The notes under the pieces: generated by a model
Told to the model about the DNA's origin: nothing
The model's input: only the letters and a program-made list of their open reading frames with translations
The model's database searches: none
Translations under genes and position numbers: made by a program
NCBI GenBank assembly: GCA_965204745.1
Contig: OZ242010.1
Location: forward strand, 4,096,001 to 4,160,000
Direction of reading: 5' to 3'
Length of the DNA: 64,000 nucleotides
Source: Candidatus Latescibacterota bacterium
Lineage (GTDB): Bacteria; Latescibacterota; UBA2968
Part shown: positions 11,501 to 19,043 of the stretch, in pieces
Layout of the letters: each line of letters opens with the position of its first letter
Numbering within the stretch: position 1 is the first letter of the stretch

Positions 11501-14500
11501 TGACCTCGTCCGAGGGCGTGCTATCGGTCCCACCTGCCATGGTAGCAGTGACGCGCACGGTGTAGGTCGTGCCAAAAGTCAGGTTCTCTATCGTATAGGT
11601 CGTGGTGCTGCCTCCAGAGACCGTCTCCTGGCGGGAAGAGGTGTTGTAGGTCTGTTGCCCGGACCTCCACTGCACCTTGTATCCCGTCGCACCGGTTGCC
11701 TCGGTCCAACGCACAATGAGTTGGTCCGGCCCCGGGGTCACGCGCACATTGGTGGGCCTGGTTGTCGCCAAGGTCACCATGACTTCCTCCGAAGGGGCAC
11801 TGTTGCCGGCCGTTGTGGTGTGCGTGGCGATGACGCGAATCGCGTAGGTCGTCTCTGTGGTCAGCCCAGAAATTTTGTGGATCGTGGTGTTCCCGCCTGC
11901 GATAGTGGCTTGCCCGCGCGTGGTCAACGCCAGATCGGAGGTGGGATAAGTCTCTGACCCGGATTTCCACTGCACCTTATACCCGGTTGCGAGGGGCACC
12001 GCATTCCAGGTCACGGTCAACGTGTCCACCTTCGCACTCACCTCCACACCCGTCGGGCTACCCAGCGTGAGAAGGGTGATCACTTCCTCCGAAGGGGCAC
12101 TGTCGGCTACATTGGTACGCGTGGCGATGACGCGAATCGCGTAGGTCGTCCCTGGGGTCAGCCCAGAAATATCGTGGGTCGTGGTGCCCCCGCCAGCGAT
12201 AGTGGCTTGCCCGTGCGTGGCGGACTCCTCATCGGCGTTGGGATAAGTCTCTGACCCGGATTTCCACTGCACTTTGTAGCTGGTCACCCCGTTCACCGCA
12301 TTCCAAGTCACGGTCAGCGTGTCCACCTTCGCATTCACCTCCACACCCGTCGGGCTACCCAGCAGGGGAACGCCGGTCTGCTCGGCCGAGGGCCGGCCAT
12401 CGCGGACACCGGTCTTGGTGGCAATGATACGCACTGTGTAGGTCGTCCCGCCGATCAAGTTGGCGATCTTGTAGCGCGTATCCGTGGTGATGGCCTGACG
12501 CGAGACGGCGTAGTTCTGCGCGCCGGATTTCCACTGCACCTTGTACCCCGTCGCATTACTCGGCGCACGCCAACGCACGTCCAAGGTGTCCCTTTGCACC
12601 GTCACGGTCACACTTGTCGGAATGCCCGGCGGTTGCATTGCAAATTGTGCGGTGGTGTCCATGCCTGCATATTTCAACACGGGATACTGATCCGCCGCGC
12701 CAAAGGTCCACGGAGCGTCATTGCCAGGCCTGCCATCGACATCCACATTCCAGTTGGCGTAGATGCCGTTGTAATCCGTTTCTGACCGCAACGCGCTGGT
12801 GGTCTGGCTCGTGCCGCCAGAACTGGATGAGCGACCACTACTTTCACTATCCCAGTAACTATGGGACACTCCGGATCGTGCAAACCCGATCAATCCGCCT
12901 AGTTGGCTGGAGTCATGTCTGCGCCCAGTGACTGTCCCCGTGGCATAGCTGGTACTAACCGAACTAGGATAAATGTCCAACCTCCCCACCAAACCGCCGA
13001 CCCTGTTATTTCCAGTCACCGGCCCGATAGCGTAGGACGCTATCACCGTAGCTTTTAGTCTGCCCACCAAACCGCCGGCCCCGTCATGATCCCACCCTCC
13101 GGAGACCTCAGCATTGGCATAGCTGGCCGCGATGACGGTATTATTACCGTTTGATTCACCCGCTAAACCGCCCACATCGTGACCAGTACCCTCAACGCGA
13201 CCCGTGACATAACAGCCCAGGATGCGACCACCCACCTGATTACCGACCAACCCACCCACTTGATTTCTGCCTCTTACATTGACACTTTTCAGCCCCAGAC
13301 CGGAAATGTTGCCGCTGACACGGCCGAACAGCCCAACATCATCCTGACCACGGTTGATGTGCAGGTTGGAGATGGTCTTGTTATTGCCCTTGAACGTGGT
13401 TGAGTAGGTGCCTCCGATGGGCGACCAGTTGGGGTAGGTGTCGGCAGAGGTTACGCTCCCGCTCCCGTCGGTGTCGAAATTTAGGTTGTTGAGCAGTTCG
13501 TAGCCGGTGCATGTCCCGGAAGGACAACCCATCCGGACGTTGCTGGTGGTGTCGCGGTTGGGAAAGGCGGCGTTGTAGTTCGTGATATCACTATCGGCGA
13601 CGATCCCATCGCCGTTGAGATCCCAGCGGATGGCATTGAGTTGCGCCAGCGTCTTAATGTCGATGAGGCCATTGCCATCGCCATCGTAATCGATCCCTTG
13701 GGGCGTGCCCATGACCTCGTCCGAGGGCGTGCTATCGCCCCCACCTGACAGGGTAGCAGTGACGCGCACCGTGTAGGTCGTGCCAAAAGTCAGGTTCTCT
13801 ATCGTGTAGGTCGTGGTGCTCATCCCAGAAACCGTCTCCTGGCGATCAGATGTGTTGTAGGTCTGTTGTCCGGACCTCCACTGCACCTTGTAGCCCGTCG
13901 CGCCGGTTGCCTCGGTCCAACGCACAATGAGTTGGACCGGCCCCGGCGTCACGCGCACATTGGTGGGTTTGGTTGTCGCCGAGGTCACCATGACTTCCTC
14001 CGAGGGGGCACTGTCGGCTAAATTGATATTGGTACTCGTGGCGATGACGCGAATCGTGTAGGTCGTCCCTGCGGTCAGCCCAGAAATTTTGTAGGTCGTG
14101 GTGCGCCCGTCAGAGATTGTGGCTTGCCCGTGCGTGGCGGCCTGAGAATCGGAGGTGGGATAAGTCGTTGCCCCGGATTTCCACTGCACTTTGTAGCCGG
14201 TCGCCCCGTTCACCGCATTCCAAGTCACGGTCAGCGTGTCCACCTTCGACGCCACCATCACAGTCGGACTGCCCAGCAAGGCGAGAACGCCGGTCTGCTC
14301 TGCCGAGGGTGTGCTATCGTTCGCACCGGTCTTGGTGGCAATGACACGCACTGTGTAGGTCGTCTCGCCGAGCAAGTTGGGGATCTTGTAGCGCGTCCCC
14401 GTGACGATCCCCTCACGCGAGGCGGCGTAGCTCTGCATGCCGGATTTCCACTGCACCTTGTACCCCGTCGCATAACTCGACGCACGCCAACGCACATCCA

Positions 14501-17500
14501 AGGTGTCCACTTTTGGCGTTACGGTCACACTGGTCGGAATGCCCGGCGGTTGCAAGTTATACTGCACGGTGGTGTCCATGCCGGCATATTTCAACACGGG
14601 ATATTGATCTGTCTTGCCAAAGGTCCACGGCTCGTCGTTGCCGGGTTGTCCGTCGAGGTTGGCGTTCCAAGTGGAGAAGATGAGGGTGTAGCCGGTGGGG
14701 GATTGGAGCGCGCTGGTCGTCTGCCCGGTAACGCCGCTACCGCCGGCGCTGGTTGTGCAACCGTTGCTACCGCCGGATGTACAGCCGCTGGTTTGGGTGT
14801 CCCAGTAGCTTGCGGTGCCGCCCGTGCCGGAGCCTATCAACCCGCCGATGAGTGGAGAACTGCCGGTGCCGGTAACCATGCCGATGGAGTAGGAGTTCGT
14901 TACGGTGCCGCCTTGGCTTGCTCCCAGCAGTCCGCCGACGTGCTCAGGGCCGCTGACGGATGCGGTGGAGTAGCTTGAGGTAATCGCGTTGGGCGTCCAG
15001 CCGACCAGCCCGCCGGCGGTCCTAGTCGTCGCCGAAACGCTGCCGGTGGAGTAGCAGGCGACGACTGTGCCGCGCAGGGCGCCGACCAGAGCGGCGGCAT
15101 ATTCGCCTCCCGCAACACTGGCGTTGGTTACGCCGACGGACTCGATGCGGGAGGCGGTGTCGGCATTGCCGAATAATCCCACTTCAACGACGGCGGGGCG
15201 GTTGATGGTCAGGTTGTCGATAGTGTAGCCGTTGCCCTTGAAATCGCCGGTGTATCTGGCGGCGTTTGTGCCGATGGGTAGCCAGCCGTCGCCGTTGTTC
15301 CAGTAGGTGGCGTCTGCTGAGGTGATTTCGCCGTCGCCATTCTCGTCAAAGTTGAGGTTGTTGAGCAGTTCGTAGCCGGTACAGGTTCCGGAAGGACAAC
15401 CCATCCGGACATTGCTGGTGATGTCGCGGTTGGGAAAGGCGGCGTTGTAGGCGGTCGTATCGCTGGTTGAGGCACTTGCGTCTATGGCACCATCGCCGTT
15501 GAGATCCCAGCGGATGGCATTGAGTTGCGCCAGCGTCTCAATATCGATGAGGCCATTGCCATCGCCATCGTAATCGATCCCTTGGGGCGTGCCCATGACC
15601 TCGTCCGAGGGCGTGCTATCGGCCCCACCTGACAGGGTAGCAGTGACGCGCATCGTGTAGGTCGTGCCAAAAGTCAGGTTCTCTATCGTGTAGGTCGTGG
15701 TGCTTCCCATAGAGACCGTCTCCTGGCGAGAAGAGGTGTTGTATGCCTGTTGCCCGGACTTCCACTGTATCTTGTAGCCCGTCGCGCCGGTTGCCTCGGT
15801 CCAACGCACAAGGAGTTGGAGATGCCCCGGCGTCACGCGCACATTGGTGGGCTTGTTTGTCGCCGCAGTCACCATGACTTCCTCCGAAGGGTCACTGTCG
15901 GGTATATTGACATTGGTATTCGTGGCGATGACGCGAATCGTGTAGGTCGTCCCTGCGGTCACATTGGAGATTTTGTAGGTCGTGGTGCTCCCGCCAGCGA
16001 TAGTGGCTTGCCCGCGCGTGGCCAACGCCAGATCGGCGTTGGGATAAGTCGCTGACCCGGATTTCCACTGTACCTTATACCCGGTGGCATGGTCCACGGC
16101 GTTCCAAGTCACGGTCAGCGTGTCCACCTTCGCACTCGCCATCACAGTCGGATTGTCCAGCGTGGACGCGATAAAGATGGATTGCTCTGAGGGTGTGCCA
16201 TCGCGCACACCGGTTTTGGTGGCAATGACACGCACTGTGTAGGTCGTCCCAAACGTCAAGTTGGGAATCTTGTGGCGCGTCCCCGTGGTGGTGGCCTCAC
16301 GCGAGTCGGTATCGTAGCTCTGCGTGCCGGATTTCCACTGCACCTTGTACCCCGTCGCACCACTCACCCCACGCCACCGCACGTCCAAGGTGTCCGCTAT
16401 TATCGTCATGGTCACACTTGTCGGAATGCTCGGCGGTTGCAAGTTATACTGCACGGTGGTGTCCATGCCGGCATACTTCAACACGGGATACTGATCTGTC
16501 TTGCCAAAGGTCCACGGATCATCGCCGCCCGGTTGCCCGTCCAAGTTCAGGTCCCAATTCGTCATGTAGATGCCGGTATAACCCGTGGGGCCTTGGAGCG
16601 CGGCGGTGGTCTGGGGAGCACCGCGTCCGGTGTCGCTACGTCTGGTGGTGGTTCTATCGTAGTAGCTGTGGGTAATTGATGAATTATTGTTGGTACCGAC
16701 CAAGCCACCAACATGTGAATTAGCACTGACCGGGCCGATGGCATAGCTACCGGTTATCGTGCTGGAATAGAAGTTGGCACCGACCAGGCCACCGGTGGTA
16801 TTGTTGCCTCTGACTACGCCGGTGGCATAGCTGGCGCGTATGACGGCCTTTGGGTTGCCGGTGTTGCCGTGGAAGCCCACCAGGCCGCCGACGTAAGCAT
16901 TGCCGCTGACTGCGCCGGTAGCATAGCTAGCGATTATCGTGCCGTCACTCCAGCCCACCAAGCCGCCGGTGCTTAGATTAGACCCAGTGACGTCCACCTC
17001 GGAACGACAGGCGGTAATGGTCGAGTTGCCGTGCGCCAGCCTGCCCACCAAGCCGGCGCTTCGTGCAAACCCGCTGACCCGTCCGGTGACGCGGATGTGC
17101 ATGAGCTGTAGATTGTTGCCTTCGCCAACAAGGACTGCGGTTTCAGCATTGCCGGTCACATTGGCGTTCACCAGGCTCAAATTGCGGATCGTGTTGCCCT
17201 CGGCATAGCCGAACAGCCCGGTTTTGCTGGCGGCAGAGCGGTCGATAAACAGGTTGGAGATGGTATAGTCGTTGCCGTGGAAGGTGCCGGTGTATTTCGT
17301 CGCACTGCTGCCGATGGGCGCCCAGCCTGCGCCGCTGTTCCAGTAGGTGGCGTCTGCTGAGGTGATTTCGTTGTCGCTGTTCTCGTCAAAGTTTAGGTTC
17401 GCCATCAGTTCGTAGCCGATACAGGTGGTCTCGCAACCCATCCCCGGCGGCCGGTTGGAGAAGGCGGCATTGTAGGCGGTCGTATCGCTGGACGTGGCAC

Positions 17501-18008
17501 TTGCGTCTATGGCACCATCGGCATTGAGGTCCCAGCGCATGGCATTGAGTTGCGCCAGCCCGGTTTGCCCAGCACCGAGTTCAATGAGGTTGTCGCCGTC
17601 GGTGTCGTAGTCGGTAAAATTGCCGGCAGAGACCGTATAGGTCAGCGTGGTCGTTCCCATAGCGGGGGAAACCACGATGCGAATGCTGACCGGCGGGGTG
17701 GACACGTCGACTTGGTGGCCGCTGGCCGGGTTGGCATCGGCCGGCGTGATGGCGACAGTTGCCCCCGAATTGGTTGGGGTCGCGGTCACGGTGATCTCTG
17801 TCGCGCCGGATTGAACGGCAAATGCGTAGGTGGTTTTATCGGATGCAAATGTGGAAAGCAGGGTGCCCGGCGCGAGGGTCAGCGCGCTGAGGGTCGTATC
17901 GGTATTCGAGGGCGTCGTCTGCGCTGTCGCGGGGGCGATCAGCAAGGGCATGACCAACACGGCGATCCAGGTTGGAAGGGACAGAAAACGAAAAGTAAAG
18001 AGCACCAT
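5586..18008 (-). CDS. Giant secreted adhesin-like protein A: signal peptide, cadherin-like beta-sandwich, 6 GLUG-like beta-helix modules, about 18 fibronectin type III repeats, tandem dockerin-like C-terminus
   Basis: 4140-aa ORF with signal peptide ending ATA|Q. FN3 motif LTVTWNAV..ATGYKVQWKSG...YTIRVIAT; modules DYDxDGDGLI..LAQL.A.RWDLN..GC...C.GYEL with GGLVG repeats; C-terminal LDVDGDG.VRLFSD twice. Confidence 0.9.
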   Translation of the reverse strand: MVLFTFRFLSLPTWIAVLVMPLLIAPATAQTTPSNTDTTLSALTLAPGTLLSTFASDKTTYAFAVQSGATEITVTATPTNSGATVAITPADANPASGHQVDVSTPPVSIRIVVSPAMGTTTLTYTVSAGNFTDYDTDGDNLIELGAGQTGLAQLNAMRWDLNADGAIDASATSSDTTAYNAAFSNRPPGMGCETTCIGYELMANLNFDENSDNEITSADATYWNSGAGWAPIGSSATKYTGTFHGNDYTISNLFIDRSAASKTGLFGYAEGNTIRNLSLVNANVTGNAETAVLVGEGNNLQLMHIRVTGRVSGFARSAGLVGRLAHGNSTITACRSEVDVTGSNLSTGGLVGWSDGTIIASYATGAVSGNAYVGGLVGFHGNTGNPKAVIRASYATGVVRGNNTTGGLVGANFYSSTITGSYAIGPVSANSHVGGLVGTNNNSSITHSYYDRTTTRRSDTGRGAPQTTAALQGPTGYTGIYMTNWDLNLDGQPGGDDPWTFGKTDQYPVLKYAGMDTTVQYNLQPPSIPTSVTMTIIADTLDVRWRGVSGATGYKVQWKSGTQSYDTDSREATTTGTRHKIPNLTFGTTYTVRVIATKTGVRDGTPSEQSIFIASTLDNPTVMASAKVDTLTVTWNAVDHATGYKVQWKSGSATYPNADLALATRGQATIAGGSTTTYKISNVTAGTTYTIRVIATNTNVNIPDSDPSEEVMVTAATNKPTNVRVTPGHLQLLVRWTEATGATGYKIQWKSGQQAYNTSSRQETVSMGSTTTYTIENLTFGTTYTMRVTATLSGGADSTPSDEVMGTPQGIDYDGDGNGLIDIETLAQLNAIRWDLNGDGAIDASASTSDTTAYNAAFPNRDITSNVRMGCPSGTCTGYELLNNLNFDENGDGEITSADATYWNNGDGWLPIGTNAARYTGDFKGNGYTIDNLTINRPAVVEVGLFGNADTASRIESVGVTNASVAGGEYAAALVGALRGTVVACYSTGSVSATTRTAGGLVGWTPNAITSSYSTASVSGPEHVGGLLGASQGGTVTNSYSIGMVTGTGSSPLIGGLIGSGTGGTASYWDTQTSGCTSGGSNGCTTSAGGSGVTGQTTSALQSPTGYTLIFSTWNANLDGQPGNDEPWTFGKTDQYPVLKYAGMDTTVQYNLQPPGIPTSVTVTPKVDTLDVRWRASSYATGYKVQWKSGMQSYAASREGIVTGTRYKIPNLLGETTYTVRVIATKTGANDSTPSAEQTGVLALLGSPTVMVASKVDTLTVTWNAVNGATGYKVQWKSGATTYPTSDSQAATHGQATISDGRTTTYKISGLTAGTTYTIRVIATSTNINLADSAPSEEVMVTSATTKPTNVRVTPGPVQLIVRWTEATGATGYKVQWRSGQQTYNTSDRQETVSGMSTTTYTIENLTFGTTYTVRVTATLSGGGDSTPSDEVMGTPQGIDYDGDGNGLIDIKTLAQLNAIRWDLNGDGIVADSDITNYNAAFPNRDTTSNVRMGCPSGTCTGYELLNNLNFDTDGSGSVTSADTYPNWSPIGGTYSTTFKGNNKTISNLHINRGQDDVGLFGRVSGNISGLGLKSVNVRGRNQVGGLVGNQVGGRILGCYVTGRVEGTGHDVGGLAGESNGNNTVIAASYANAEVSGGWDHDGAGGLVGRLKATVIASYAIGPVTGNNRVGGLVGRLDIYPSSVSTSYATGTVTGRRHDSSQLGGLIGFARSGVSHSYWDSESSGRSSSSGGTSQTTSALRSETDYNGIYANWNVDVDGRPGNDAPWTFGAADQYPVLKYAGMDTTAQFAMQPPGIPTSVTVTVQRDTLDVRWRAPSNATGYKVQWKSGAQNYAVSRQAITTDTRYKIANLIGGTTYTVRIIATKTGVRDGRPSAEQTGVPLLGSPTGVEVNAKVDTLTVTWNAVNGVTSYKVQWKSGSETYPNADEESATHGQATIAGGGTTTHDISGLTPGTTYAIRVIATRTNVADSAPSEEVITLLTLGSPTGVEVSAKVDTLTVTWNAVPLATGYKVQWKSGSETYPTSDLALTTRGQATIAGGNTTIHKISGLTTETTYAIRVIATHTTTAGNSAPSEEVMVTLATTRPTNVRVTPGPDQLIVRWTEATGATGYKVQWRSGQQTYNTSSRQETVSGGSTTTYTIENLTFGTTYTVRVTATMAGGTDSTPSDEVMGMPQRINYDRDGDGLIDIKTLAQLHAIRWDLNGDGVVADNDTMNYNAAFPNRDTTSNGRMGCPSGTCTGYELLNNLDFDENGDDQITQADATYWNRGAGWIPIGTYTGTFKGNNKTISNLYISYRYPSQRNNVGLFSTVSGDISGVGLLNVNVHATDVVGGLVGAQNGGRITGCYVTGFVEGARYGVGGLVGRSLAGHIAACYSHATAQKWPSWESSVLYEVGGLVGLLGSGASVTASYATGPVAGQGGSNTRSAAGGLVGQNAGTITASYATGTATGDSNDLTGGLFATGSGTGPDSYWDTESSSLSTSAGGTGKTTSALRSETDYNGIYTNWNVDVDGRPGNDNPWTFGAADQYPVLKYAGMDTTAQFAMQPPGIPTSVTVTPKADTLDVRWTAASNATGYKVQWKSGAQNYDASREETVTGTRYKIANLLTGTTYTVRVIATKTGVRDGMPSAEQTGVPVLGIPTVMVAAKVDTLTVTWNAVNGATGYKVQWKSGSETYPAADEQSATHGQATISDGGTTTYDISGLTAGTTYAIRVIATRTNVADSTPSEEVTGVPVLGIPTVMVAAKVDTLTVTWNVVDDATGYKVQWKSGSETYPTSDLALVTRGQATIAGGGTTTYKISGLTTGTTYTIRVIATRTNVADSAPSEEVMVTLATTRPTNVRVTPGPVQLIVAWTEATGATGYKVQWRSGQQTYNTSDRQATVSGGSTTTYTIENLTFGTTYTVRVLATLAGGTDSTPSDEVMGMPQTINYDSDGDGLIDIKTLAQLHAIRWDLNGDGVVADNDTMNYNAAFPNRDTTSNGRMGCPSGTCTGYELLNNLDFDENGDGAITQADATYWNSGAGWIPIGTYTGTFKGNNKTISNLYISYRWPSQRNNVGLFSTVSGDISGVGLLNVNVHATDVVGGLVGTQNGGRITGCYVTGFVEGARYGVGGLVGRALAGHIAACYSHATAQKWPSWESSVLYEVGGLVGLLGSGASVTASYATGPVAGQGGSNTRSAAGGLVGQNAGTITASYATGTATGDSNDLTGGLFATGSGTGPDSYWDTESSSLSTSAGGTGKTTSALRSETDYNDIYANWNVDVDGRPGNDDPWTFGAADQYPVLKYAGMDTTVQYNLQPPGIPTSVTVTVQRDTLDVRWRAASYATGYKVQWKSGAQSYDASREETVTGTRYKIANLLAGTTYTVRVIATKTGAPDGRPSAEQTGVSVLGSPTVMVAAKADTLTVTWNAVTNATGYKVQWKSGSETYPAADEESATHGQATISGGSTTIHKISGLTAGTTYTIRVIATRTNVADSAPSEEVTGVPLLGSPTVMVAAKVDTLTVTWNAVSNATGYKVQWKSGSETYPAADEESATHGQATIAGGSTTTYKISGLTAETTYAIRVIATRTNVADSAPSEEVMVTLATTRPTNVRVTPGPVQLVVAWTEATGATGYKVQWKSGGQSYNTSSRQETVSGGSTTTYTIENLTIGTPYTVRVLATLAGGTDSTPSDEVMGTPYAINYDSDGDGLIDIETLAQLHAIRWDLNGDGVVADNDTMTYNAAFPDRDITSNGRMGCPSGTCTGYELLNNLDFDENGDDQITQADATYWNNGDGWLPIGTDAARYTGDFKGNGYTIDNLTINRPSLTEVGLFGNADTASRIESVGVTNASVAGGQYAAALVGALRGTVVACYSTGNVSATTRVAGGLVGWTPNAITSSYSTASVSGPEHVGGLLGASQGGSVTNSYSTGVVTRSSGTLTTIGGLIGSGTGGTASYWDTQTSGCTSGGSNGCTTSAGGGGVTGQTTSALQSPTGYTLIFSTWNANLDGQPGGDDPWTFGATNQYPVLKYAGMDTTVQFQLQSAIPSANLDVDGDGRVRLFSDIILVIRYVLFFRNEALLRGNVIEPTATRKTAQEIEPYLDTLVNQNILDVDGDGDVRLFSDIILIIRYVLFFRNEALVRGNVIEPTATRTTAQAIEPYIRSLYPDSHFQ

Positions 18009-18193
18009 TTTAGTCTCCCTCCGAGGGGGGGGGGGGGGGGGGGGTACACTGTACTGATCATCCTAACAGACTGTTTTGCAATAAAATAGAACCGCGCTCC
18101 AAGACGGGGATGGGCGTCATGAACGCCAGTTTTCGCGGTGGAAACATAGGACCAAATGAGGTTCAAACAGCGGCTGAAAATGGCGGTAATCAT
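17939..18193 (-). CDS. Leader ORF of gene A running through the poly-C tract
   Basis: AAAGGAGA RBS before ATG 18193; MITAIFSRC...FIAKQSVRMISTVYPPPPPP; paralogue of 28841-29029. Confidence 0.6.
   Translation of the reverse strand: MITAIFSRCLNLIWSYVSTAKTGVHDAHPRLGARFYFIAKQSVRMISTVYPPPPPPLGGRLKWCSLLFVFCPFQPGSPCWSCPC
18025..18044 (-). repeat. C20 homopolymer (coding strand), putative phase-variation tract
   Basis: 20 consecutive G on the + strand, 16 nt upstream of the gene A ATG. Confidence 0.85.
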
Positions 18194-18276
18194 CTGAAGT
18201 CTCCTTTGCAAAAGCTATCGCGCAGACCGGGCGCGGCTTTTTCTCTGCGTTCAAAATCGCTATGGTGAACGAGAAA

Positions 18277-18306
18277 AATATAGGGAATCACACTCTTGTT
18301 TGTCAA
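18277..18306 (-). promoter_or_regulatory. sigma70-type promoter of cassette A
   Basis: TTGACA-18 nt-TATATT; positionally conserved in cassette B. Confidence 0.65.
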
Positions 18307-18323
18307 GCGGTAAAATGACGATG

Positions 18324-19000
18324 GGAATTGGGACCTACCCCCTGGCCCCCTTCCTAAGAGGAAGGGGGAATGGCGAGAGGTTGTGCGAGGGATTGTATGT
18401 AAGGGTTTTTGGATTTGCATGGCGTGATCCATTCGCCCAAAGCCATCAAAACAGCCAGGGATACAAACCTTCAAGAAAGCCATGCGCTCCCCCTTTCCTT
18501 GTAGGAAAGGGGGCCGGGGGGATAGGTCCTGCGATGAAGGGGGAATGGCGAGAGGTTGTGCGAGGGATTGTGTGTAAGGGTTTTTGGATTTGCATGGCGT
18601 GATCCATTCGCCCAAAGCCATCAAAACAGCCAGGGATGCAAACCTTTAAGAAAGCCATGCGCTCCCCCTTTCCGCGTAGGCACAGGCGTAGCCTACAATG
18701 AGCGAAGCGAATAACGGGGGCCGGGGGGATAGGGCTTGCGGTAGGGTGGTGTGGGGTAATCCGCGCAATCCTCTAATCCGTTTAATCCGCGATTCAGACA
18801 CGGGCGGCAGGGTGAAGCGGATGGGCACGCACGGGCGGCAGGGAGGATGAAGCGGCGGTGGTGTGGTGTGGGGTAATCCGCGTAATCCCCTAATCCGTTT
18901 AATCCGCGATTCAGACACGGCGGGGCGGACGGCCGAGCACGGGGGCATCGCCCCTACACACACTGCTCACCTTTGAACTGGCTATCGCCAGTTGTACCCC
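18324..19000. repeat. Composite REP cluster (REP doublets, AATCCGCG repeats, GTAG-type REP, AACTGGC hairpin element)
   Basis: Two near-identical ~135-bp blocks (about 18360-18495 and 18537-18672) and two copies of gtaatccgcg..taatccgtttaatccgcgattcagacacgg. Confidence 0.85.
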
Positions 19001-19043
19001 TTTTGTGTTTTTGTGCCTCTTGTGGCTAAAATCCCATCTCATC

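Noticed and set aside
8100-11600. Near-identical modules 4 and 5 as a DGR template/variable pair
   Set aside because: Both copies are coding, the differences are not adenine-specific (e.g. TAT vs TGG), and there is no reverse transcriptase in the window.
18190-18963. Short ORFs in REP clusters (also 1607-1807, 4766-5125, 28505-28844, 36887-37310)
   Set aside because: They are translations of repeated palindromic DNA with no RBS or protein-family signal.
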